Assembly: GCF_006345805.1 (NCBI RefSeq) | Contig: NW_021826505.1 | Coordinates: forward strand, 1 to 12,766 | Origin: Octopus sinensis | Lineage: Eukaryota | Direction: 5' to 3' | Length of the DNA stretch: 12,766 bases | Shown: positions 1 to 7,722 of the stretch, piece by piece | Position numbering within the stretch: the stretch's first letter is position 1 | How the letters are laid out: every line of letters begins with the position of its first letter | Position numbers and translations under genes: made by a program | The notes under the pieces: generated by a model | The model's input: the letters and a program-made list of their open reading frames with translations, nothing else | What the model was told of the DNA's origin: nothing | Database searches by the model: none

Positions 1-227
1 CGAAGACCTTCCTTAGAAAAGGAAAAATATGGTAACTTATGCAGATGATGAACTATTAAAGATGTACGGGTGGAATTTAATTTACGACAGAGAGATGAGA
101 CACCGGAGTGGATTGGCAAGTGGTTAAGGGAAAATGTGAGGGAAGGTGATTTCTGGATATTCTAGATTTTACAATGCATTTGTGGATGTTTCCATATTGG
201 AATATTTTGGATTGGTCGTATACTTAA
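1..227 (+). CDS. Probable 3' part of a host gene with two tiny introns (32-61, 146-165); weak resemblance to a UBX/ubiquitin-like fold
   Basis: Removing GT..AG segments 32-61 (30 nt) and 146-165 (20 nt) gives an open frame RRPSLEKEKYDVRVEFNLRQRDETPEWIGKWLRENVREDFTMHLWMFPYWNILDWSYT*. Intron sizes match those in the two confident genes, and the strand is G-rich like the 3' half of the UBXN7-like gene. The true stop is uncertain and the product guess is weak. Confidence 0.35.
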
Positions 228-815
228 AATGGAGATTTTTGTTTTCCAATTCACTCAAAAAATAAGGAACCCGGATTTGGAAGGAGATAATTCTTAATAA
301 AGTGAATTAAAACTTGATCTGGACAACCTGGGAGTTTGTTGATTTTCGGTTCGGCCTTGAAATGTTCAAATTGAGGTTGATACCTACGAAACGAGGAACT
401 AAATGCGAGAAAAGCATTGATTTATTTGTGTGCAGAATGTGAAAAGTCATTCAAATTCATTGAATACTATTGGGACATCAGTTCGACATTTAAACAAACC
501 CACAGAAACTAATCGCCATTTGCTAAAAAGGTTTTTGAATGACCAATCAATTCAAAAATGCAACTGTTAATGCCATATCCTGATAAAAACTCCAAATTCA
601 GCCTGACGCCAAAAATATAACATTGCTAAAAAAATTTTGGTGTATAGTTTATCATGGGATGTCTTATTCGTATAGCTAAACTTTATATTTATTAGAAATT
701 TCTAATTTGGCTATTTTTAATGGTAAGCTTAATAGATTGTGATTAGTAAAAAAAAAGCTTAATAAATAAAGCCTAATAATTAAGCTGATAAACATGTTTG
801 ATGTAGTTTATTATG

Positions 816-985
816 TTTTTTTTGTTTTAAAGGAACCGATATAATTAAAAGTTAGCACAGCCATCCATCCGAAGTAGACCCCACCGACATTATCGACGTT
901 GCGTTGTCTCTCACGATAGCAACAGAGATCGACTGGAGAAAATACCGTGTCTCACGTGTGTCGTGGCTTTTTAATGTGGCTAAGC
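816..985 (-). mobile_element. 3' stub of a CRE-like RLE non-LTR retrotransposon (copy A)
   Basis: The minus strand translates to RLATLKSHDTRETRYFLQSISVAIVRDNATSIMSVG...*, matching the QRxSxAxxRGNAxSI C-terminal motif of CRE-clade proteins and copy C at 12061-12550. The stop is at 852-854 and an A-rich tail follows (T-runs 816-828 on +). Confidence 0.7.
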
Positions 986-1304
986 GTCAAGTTTATTATT
1001 GTTTTTATGTTTTTCTTGCGGTTTTATTTATTTTGATTTGGAAAAAATAATTCTTATGAATTTTAATTTTTTAAATTTCATCATTTTTTGAATTTATTTT
1101 GATTTTATTTCTTCCAAGTCTATTGTTTTTACTATTTTGAGATTTTCTTTTTTATACTTGTATATTTTTCTTTTTATACATGCGAAATCTCAAAAATGAT
1201 GACTTAAAGGAATTCCTCGAAGGGAATTTTTTGTTGAATAAGTCATCAAATTGCCCAATTATTTTTCTAGCTTTTTTTAAATTCTGACATGATAATGTAT
1301 GATA

Positions 1305-1380
1305 ATTAACACGCCGATCGTCGCGTCCCGCACAAACTACCCATCCCATGGTGGCTACATATCACTTGCCAATCTATCAT
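1305..1380 (-). mobile_element. Possible degenerate CRE-like endonuclease fragment
   Basis: The minus frame D-M-*-P-P-W-D-G-*-F-V-R-D-A-T resembles the GMTxxPWxxGxxLVWDAT segment seen in copy C. It is short and contains stops. Confidence 0.3.
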
Positions 1381-1414
1381 AATGTCTCTGCCACTGTGAC
1401 TGTCAAAATTAATT

Positions 1415-1800
1415 GCATTGGTTTCTAATCAATGACCGTTTCAACAATAAAAAATTTATTAAATTTTACGGTCTATGTTTTTGAATCAAATTATTCCAAG
1501 TGCATCGTTGCCTATCTTAGTAATGATGTTTTTCTTAGGAGCAGATTCTATCGGCTTAAACAATATCAGATATGTTGTTTTAGGGGAATTTAACGATCAA
1601 TCATCACAGCAACGTATCTGTGTGTGATTAGATGTCATGACGGCGTCATTCTTCAAACCTAATCCGAGTTTCTGGCACAGGCAGCCCCTTGGAATCAAAC
1701 CTAGGACCAATCAGATTAATAGCAGATATTAGACTACCCAGCTATTCGCCTCTGGCATTGGTTTCTAATCAATTATGGTTTCAAAAATGAAGAATTATTA
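1415..1800. repeat. Direct repeat pair of about 46 bp, period 340 (1415-1460 and 1755-1800)
   Basis: GCATTGGTTTCTAATCAAT is identical at 1415-1433 and 1755-1773, and similarity continues (GTTTCAA.AAT.A) for about 27 nt more. Confidence 0.8.
1681..1745 (-). pseudogene. Degenerate tRNA-like relic (Asn-like), with B-box
   Basis: The minus strand has a T-arm CTAGG-TTTGATT-CCAAG (B-box GGTTTGATTCC at 1691-1701), a 7-nt loop CT-ATT-AA resembling CT-GTT-AA, and an acceptor-like GGGCTGC. The D-arm is incomplete and the anticodon stem is broken. Confidence 0.4.
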
Positions 1801-1984
1801 AATAGAAGTTTATCCCTGACCTTAATCCGTATAATAACGCGTTAATGTCATTTTCGTCGAATTTCCATTTTCGCTTGTTATTCATTTTTTTTGCTGCTTT
1901 CGTTATATTATCGTATTTTAATAACAAATTTTTCGTAATATTTTATCGGTTACTTCATTTCCAACAATTTGTTAAAATCAGAAA

Positions 1985-2460
1985 CGAAATTAGATGCAAG
2001 TAGCTAAGAGAATAGTCGCGATCCTCCAAAAATTGAATTTCTTCCTCAGCATCTTCTCTAATGAATGGTCAAAGAGCTTCTGTTTCTACATCAATTGGTG
2101 CATTAATGCTTTTTATTCCCATAATGATATTGAAAGGAATATCCATTGTTGTTACATGTTGGCCACGTCCGAATTGCTTTCCATACTTCCGCTGTTGAAC
2201 GATTTCAGTTCACGGCTGTAGGGATCCGATTCCATTTCAAACAAATGTATCTGTGTTCACTAGTCTTCAATTCCTTGTTCAATGGTTGGATTTCTTGAGG
2301 CGATTTATTTCCTTGCTAAGGTCGGCAGCATGAGGTTGGCGTTTAGGTATAGCCATTGCTCTTACTTCCAGAATAGTCTTCGTGAAGAAGCCGATGGCCT
2401 TGTCGAGAAAGCTAAAGCTGTACAGATTTCAATTCTTTGATTTCGAATTCAAGATCTCCT
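1985..2460 (-). pseudogene. Disrupted unidentified coding-like sequence, possibly a retroelement ORF1/coiled-coil relic
   Basis: Long codon-like runs in changing frames (SFLDKAIGFFTKTILEVRAMAIPKRQPHAADLSKEINRLKKSNH; PFIREDAEEEIQFLEDRDY), with higher GC than the flanks. No family recognised. Confidence 0.25.
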
Positions 2461-2469
2461 GGAACCATG

Positions 2470-2982
2470 ACCAGTTGGAACCAATGTATAGAATTAGACG
2501 AAGCAGGAAATTGAAAAAACATTCGGTTGTGTCAATAATGTCGACACAAAATGTCGAAATCAGAGTTGACACGTCAATTATGTCTGAAACAAAATTCAAT
2601 AAACCTGACATTTTTGTCTATGACAAAGAGAAAAAAATTAATTTAATCGAAGTAGGCATTACCTCACAAAATCGTTTGAAGTGAGTTGAAGTAAAGAAAT
2701 TTTACGACCATTTTGCAAATGAAGTGTCGATACTCTATGAAGCAAAATTAAAGATTATTTTAATTGTCTTGACATGGGATGGAGTTTTCTCAAAGTTAAT
2801 TAAAAGTGGATAAGTTATCCATTAAAGAAAGAACTAGGACATATATCCAGTAGGTTGTGTTGAAGAAGATGCTGGAGAGTATGCTCATTGAAAACAGACA
2901 TTGAGTGAAAGTAGACAAAGAAGAGTATGCCTTTACCGCAAATCAACTTGCAGGACTGGAATGTCGCGAGGACATGAGCTGA
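2470..2982 (+). mobile_element. C-terminal restriction-like endonuclease region of an RLE non-LTR retrotransposon (R4/NeSL-like), pseudogenised
   Basis: VEIRVDT...NKPDIFVYDKEKKINLIEVGITSQNRLK*VEVKKFYDHFANEV...IVLTWDGV...YIQ*VVLKK contains the PD..(D/E)..K-YD endonuclease pattern with internal stops and indels. Confidence 0.85.
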
Positions 2983-3548
2983 ACAAAAACCTTGACCCAA
3001 AAATGAAATGAAGATGTGGCAAATTTTTTTTCAGGCAAAGAAGAGAAATCACTGATTCTTTTTAGTAAAAACTTATTATTACACAAAAACAAATTACACA
3101 GAAACAAAAGGCAAGCAGATACTGTCCCCCCTAAGAACTGCTGAATTCTTAATTAGATCAATTTAAAATAGAATTTACATAATTAAGTCATAGTCCATAC
3201 ATTTACATAAAATTAATCCAACAATTAAAAAGTTTCAGTGATGTATCACTTCCATTATTTACAAGATTGCAATTACTCAGCAATTTGTTGGTACTCTGAC
3301 TTGAAATGATCTAACCTAAAATTGATTATCTGGACGGCCTTTTCAAAGTACAGATTCTCCTCTAGAATTAGCAAACAAGCTGAGGAACTGATGTTCTTAC
3401 AAGTAATTAGAACATGTCATTAAATGTCGTATAAACTTAATAACGCATTCTAGTGGGGATTCTGAACAATATACTGAAAAAATGGAACGTCTCACAATGT
3501 TTAATTATTAGAGAGATTTATTATAGCGAGTAAGAAAATTAAACAAAG

Positions 3549-3620
3549 GCCTACGTAGTTTAGCGGTTAGAATTCCTCGTTGTGGCCGAGGGGATCCGGG
3601 TTCGACTCCCGGCGTAGGCA
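3549..3620 (+). tRNA. tRNA-His-GTG: tRNA-His (anticodon GTG)
   Basis: Full cloverleaf: acceptor GCCTACG/CGTAGGC, anticodon stem CCTCG/CGAGG with GTG at 3582-3584, T-loop TTCGACT, discriminator A3620, and an oligo-T terminator immediately after. Confidence 0.97.
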
Positions 3621-3708
3621 TTTTTTATTTATATGTATCAAATTTATATCAAAATTATTTTTACATTTAAAGACTAAGTAAGGTTGGCAGACAATGTAAT
3701 AATACCAG

Positions 3709-3845
3709 TTTTTTTTGAAAAAAATTAAATACTAGCTAGGGTAGGTGGCTGAAAGAGTATTCAAGAGCCTATAGATCAGCTCAACTACGCCGCACTTCGT
3801 ATTGACAGGCAGTCTCGCGGAGCACGAGAAGAGAGATTCGATGAT
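3709..3845 (-). mobile_element. 3' stub of a CRE-like retrotransposon (copy B)
   Basis: 3763-3840 aligns with 12115-12193 at 61/79 columns (hand alignment). The minus frame reads RISLLVLR. A T8 run at 3709-3716 lies at the same 56-nt offset from GAGCCT as the T11 run in copy C. Confidence 0.85.
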
Positions 3846-3897
3846 AGAACCAATATAAAATAATATTGGTTTTCTTTATAATAAATGATCTATTGTA

Positions 3898-4012
3898 ATC
3901 CGAGTCGATACAAACTTCTCGACTGATAATGCTATCGAATAACAAGCCAGACATATTTGTTCATGACAATCGAGCAACACAATTACTTTTCTTGAATTAG
4001 TGGAGGTCACAA
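3898..4012 (+). mobile_element. Second short RLE endonuclease fragment, same family type as 2470-2982
   Basis: IRVDTNFSTDNAIE / NKPDIFVHD / NTITFLELVEVT across frameshifts, paralleling IRVDT..NKPDIFVYD..INLIEVGIT. Confidence 0.7.
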
Positions 4013-4334
4013 ATAAAACACCCAAATGAAATCATTAATTAATAGTTCTATCTGCTTTTTATCAAGTAAAGCAGTTTAAATTAAGTGATATTTTCTACAT
4101 TCAAATCCTCAGATAATAGGTATAAAAATCATACAAACTCTCACTTTCTTTAAAATTTAAAAAAATTGAAAAATTTTATACTCATTAATGACTGTGTTTG
4201 TTCAAGAAACTCCTCCCAGTTTTTTAAATTGTATTTCTTTTAATAAAGAATGAATAGTTGTGTTATACATAAAAGTGCTTCGTTTAATAAATTGAATCCA
4301 GTTTTTAATTGATTCTTCACTCATCAGCTCAGAA

Positions 4335-4760
4335 AGCGTCGTTAAGTGGATTGAAGTTGAATTGTTTTTTATAAACCCATGTTAAAACGCAGACATTAGG
4401 ATTTCATCTCGATACAATCATCAAGCATCTTTTCCAAAGTTCTTGAAATCGAGCAAAGGATAGAAATCGGTCTGTAAGAAGATGGCTCTTCTGCTGGGTT
4501 TCCTGCCTTCCAAATCGGTATTATGTGAGATCTCTTCAAAATTCAGGAAACAATTCGTGTTTATCGACGCGTTGAAGATCAAGGCTAGCGTCTCCAGCAC
4601 CAGGGAACCCAGAGAATATAGAATCTGGTCCTCTGGCTCCCGACTTCCGCGTCCTAACTATCGTCAGACGAACGTCTTCAGGAACGAATAAGATCCAGTC
4701 TGTGGATAGTACTGGTTTAATTTTCTTTAATAGATCTTTCGAGAAATCTATGTGAAATTC
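4335..4760 (-). mobile_element. Reverse transcriptase N-terminal fragment of an APE-type LINE (CR1/L2/Jockey-like)
   Basis: Minus strand: PEDVRLTIVRTRKSGARGPD...LIFNASINTNCFPEF(W)KRSHIIPIWKAG...PSSYRPISILCSISRTLEKML...HGFIKNNST, the canonical GPD/WK/YRPIS/QxGF motifs with frameshifts. Confidence 0.9.
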
Positions 4761-5182
4761 TCGAATTTTGTATTAACGAGGCTTATAACTTGGGTATGGT
4801 GTGTTTTATTATATCAAAAGACTGGCCATAAATGTCATATCTAGCTCTCAAATAAATACGAGACAGCAACAGAATCGTTTGTATGTCTCTTTTTCTTTTT
4901 TATATTTTCAAATTAATAAGTATCTCTGCACATTTTATTCGATAGTGAGTCTTTAATATAAAACATTAAAATCACAACGAATAATTGTAGAAAAATATTG
5001 TTTTAATTTCAGCATTTTTTTAAAAACTTAAAAAATAATTGAAAATTTCGGAATTCCCAAATTTCCACTAAATTTAAAAAATTCTTTAAAAATTAGCAAA
5101 TCAGAGAATCGCCAAAAAATATGACGAAAATTCATAAGAAATTAATGACGTAAAAGGTTAGCATTAGAAATGTTAAATATTC

Positions 5183-5560
5183 CTATTTGAACATTTTTTC
5201 GGCAGGAGTGGCATTATCAGGTGCTGTGGCCACTTTGAGGAACGCGATCAAATCATCACGGTCGTCCTTCTTCTTTAAGCCAGCAAACACCATTTTTGTC
5301 CCCGGAATATAAGCCTTTGGATTAGTCAAATAGACATCCAGTGTGTCTTCTCCCCAAATAATAGCTTAATTAATAATCAATGAATTCTCACGTTTAGATT
5401 TGTTGGCAGCTGTGTAGGTGTAATTTGGGGACTGGCCTGGTCCTCTACCGAAGATGCCGGAAAGATTTGGCCCGGTTTTGTTTTTACCCGTGGAATGAGT
5501 CGTATGGCACTGAGAACAGCTTTTGACAAAAAGAGCTCTGCCTTTTACTGGGTCACCCAT
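5183..5560 (-). CDS. CYCS: Mitochondrial-type cytochrome c, 116 aa, two exons (5560-5392, 5364-5183)
   Basis: CSQCH haem motif, KTGPNL, W59, NPKxYIPGTKM80 after splicing a 27-nt GT-AG intron. The start MGD at 5560 matches animal cytochrome c, so the upstream GTG in the ORF track is not needed. Stop TAG at 5185-5183. Confidence 0.96.
5365..5391 (-). other. 27-nt spliceosomal intron in cytochrome c (phase 1, codon 56)
   Basis: GTGAGA...TTAAG. It contains an in-frame TAA, and its removal restores the conserved K55-x-I-I-W59. Confidence 0.93.
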
Positions 5561-5865
5561 TCTTTCAAACTTTATAACTGAAAGGGTCACACTACAACAC
5601 GCTACTATTTAAATAATATATTATTAAAAAAATATATAATGAGGAATAAAATTCAAAATAAAAAAATATATTCTAAATATACAAATACATATTAAATTAT
5701 ACTTTAGTCGCGGTGATTTTTGTTATTTTTAAAAGTATAATAAATCTTTTAGTGTATCTTTATGATTATATTATTAATTGAAATTTATTTTATTAATAAT
5801 TAACAAATGTGGATAATCAAATAAATAATACATTTTCATAATGTTGTTTATGTTTGTTAATCACA
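5561..5865. promoter_or_regulatory. Putative bidirectional promoter between divergent cytochrome c and UBXN7-like genes
   Basis: The two ATGs (5560 -, 5866 +) are separated by 305 nt of very AT-rich DNA with no ORF. Function is inferred from geometry only. Confidence 0.5.
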
Positions 5866-7029
5866 ATGGCGGAAATTGATATCAACATCGCCCAAATATG
5901 TGCTATTACTGGTGAATAACCATCTTATCTTTACCCAACATAGGCCTAGACCCACAAAGAGCCATAGAAGCCTTACAACTAGCAGACGGGGACATTGAGT
6001 TAGCAATTCAAATGCACTTTGATGGCACATTAATGCACGAATCAGCCTTAAATCAGACCGAAAGTCCACCAAATGACCCTCCCAGTCCATACCCTAATTC
6101 ATCATCTTCTCAGTATTTAATAAAACTTAATTTCCTCAGAATATCTGAGTCGTTACCCCAACATGTTCCTCTTTCAGAAATGTATGACCCTGCCTATGAG
6201 AATGAGATACGAAAAGACATCGAAGACCGACTTATGTTCAAGCCCGACCCCCAAATCCTTTTTTCTGGAACCTTAGCCGAAGTATTACCTCCCAATCAAA
6301 TCTTAGATTAGAATTGCTGCCAAGGAAAAGAATTGCTGGATTCTAATAAATATTCAAAATTGTAATTTTTTGAATGTCATTCTCTAAATCGAGACTTATG
6401 GAATAATCCTCTGTGAAGAATATCATCAACAGTCATTTTATGTTGTTTCAAGTATAATATATATATTATGAAGACATATCATCAATTGAGTTGTGGGAAT
6501 GAGTTGGACAGTTCGTATAATAGTGAGAGGGTGTATCCTTTCCTTGCTATAATTGATCCCCGAACACGTGAGATGGTCAGGAGGTTGAGGCAAACGAGTT
6601 GTGAAGATGTTGTTTCTGTCTTATATGACTTTATTGAACAATATCCGAAGCCTGGCTGTGTTTGTAGGCAATCGGATATAAAGCAGTCATATATGGAGAG
6701 GATTGGAGAGATGTCAGAGGAGAAGGTTAGATTTGAGTGTTGTGTATTGTTTTTAGATGTAGCTGACAATGTGGGGACGTATAAAGTCATATTTCTGGAT
6801 ATGAATGAGTATTTGTTGACTGTGAATTACGGGACGACTGTGAAGGTTGAGTTGTTGGGTGAATTGGTAGAAATTGCTCAGGAAGATATGTAATTTGGGA
6901 GTCAATATTGATGGGTATAAAGTTATGAGTGGAGTCCCTGCTTTTGATTTGACTGAGATGGACTATAATGCTACGTTGAAGGATGTTGGTCTTCAGAGAA
7001 GGCATAAATTGTTTATTCAGAAACGTTGA
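5866..7029 (+). CDS. UBXN7: UBXN7/Ubx5-like p97 cofactor (UBA-like + UAS + UBX), about 344 aa; exons 5866-5911, 5944-6112, 6140-6281, 6307-6451, 6474-6845, 6871-7029
   Basis: UBA-like ICAITGLDPQRAIEALQLADGDIELAIQMHF; UAS WILINIQN..F.C..LNRDLW.N..VKNII..HF...IIDPRT; UBX end DYNATLKDVGL..HKLFIQKR*. The model needs five tiny introns plus two single-base restorations in exon 4 (near 6370 and 6411). Confidence 0.85.
5912..5943 (+). other. 32-nt intron (UBXN7-like intron 1)
   Basis: GTGAAT...CATAG. Removal joins ICAIT-G-LDPQ of the UBA-like domain; unspliced, the frame hits TAA. Confidence 0.88.
6113..6139 (+). other. Candidate 27-nt stopless 3n intron
   Basis: GTATTT...CTCAG, AT-rich within a linker. 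The frame is open with or without it, so it cannot be proven from sequence. Confidence 0.6.
6282..6306 (+). other. 25-nt intron
   Basis: GTATTA...CTTAG. Removal gives GTLAE-IRIAAKEKNCW with the same spacing as human UBXN7 GSFETAKECGQMQNKW. Confidence 0.85.
6452..6473 (+). other. 22-nt intron
   Basis: GTATAATATATATATTATGAAG. Removal joins HFMLFQ-TYH (human HFIFWQ-VYH). Confidence 0.85.
6846..6870 (+). other. 25-nt intron
   Basis: GTTGAG...GGTAG. Removal is required to reach the UBX C-terminal frame ending at 7029. Confidence 0.85.
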
Positions 7030-7178
7030 TATTTTTTTGTTGATATTTGTAATTGGGAATTAGATAGAGTATGGTAGGTGTGATTTGTATATTGGTGTTA
7101 TGTAATATTTTGTGGAACGAGTATTCATTTTAGTGTTAATTGAATTATTTATTTTTAATTCAATTGATTTGTAAGATT

Positions 7179-7261
7179 AAAAACTCAATATTTTTTGACT
7201 ATTTATAGAATTGAACGAATGCATTTCAAAAACTCAATATTTATTGACTATTTATGGAATT
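7179..7261. repeat. 34-bp direct duplication, period 49
   Basis: AAAAACTCAATATTT(T/A)TTGACTATTTAT(A/G)GAATT at 7179-7212 and 7228-7261, with 2 mismatches. Confidence 0.85.
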
Positions 7262-7722
7262 AATTGATGTAATTCATATCGTAAAAAATCGTAACACACT
7301 AATGACGGCGTCACTCGTCAATCCGGGAGAGCATATTGGATGCATGGAACCTTCGTAATTCATATAAAAGAGTTTTAAAATATTTTTTTGTAAATTTTGT
7401 TAGCATTTCGGATTGGTGATATATTTTATCTATTTTGTTATTAAACATCATATTTTCATGATTTAACTTTAGCGGAGGGCCTGTTTCATGAATCAACTAT
7501 AAGTTTATGTAAATAATATAAAACGACCTGATTTGATACAACCCTATTTTTAACTTAAAAAGATGATTCGACATCCCAGAGGGATCTAAGAAATTTAAAA
7601 ATTCAACTGGATATTCGCAGGCTCTTTCATGATCCAGAATAATGTCCACCGATTTATATATTCGTCCACCGATTTTGATTAATAAATCTAAATTTATACG
7701 TCATCATTTAGCGGAGCTAATA

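Noticed and set aside
29-127. MVTYADD as an RT catalytic motif
   Set aside because: No flanking RT motifs; the sequence is better explained as the 30-nt intron 32-61.
851-975. GC-rich block as RNase MRP/P or another ncRNA
   Set aside because: The partner P4 strand is missing, and the block translates as a CRE-like C-terminus.
3848-3871. 9-bp inverted repeat AACCAATAT/ATATTGGTT between two TE stubs
   Set aside because: AT-rich and short, so expected by chance; bacterial-style terminator logic does not apply.
4482-4691. 69-aa + strand ORF
   Set aside because: Antisense to the LINE RT fragment.
5540-5548. GCCTTTTAC, the U5 loop-1 motif
   Set aside because: Antisense to cytochrome c codons, with no U5 stem or Sm site.
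5561-5590. N-terminal extension [10 protein letters not shown] on cytochrome c
   Set aside because: It depends on a GTG start; the ATG at 5560 gives the standard animal MGD N-terminus.
5857-7005. Minus-strand ORFs 5857-6090, 6482-6790 and 6787-7005
   Set aside because: Antisense to the UBXN7-like gene and favoured by the strand skew.
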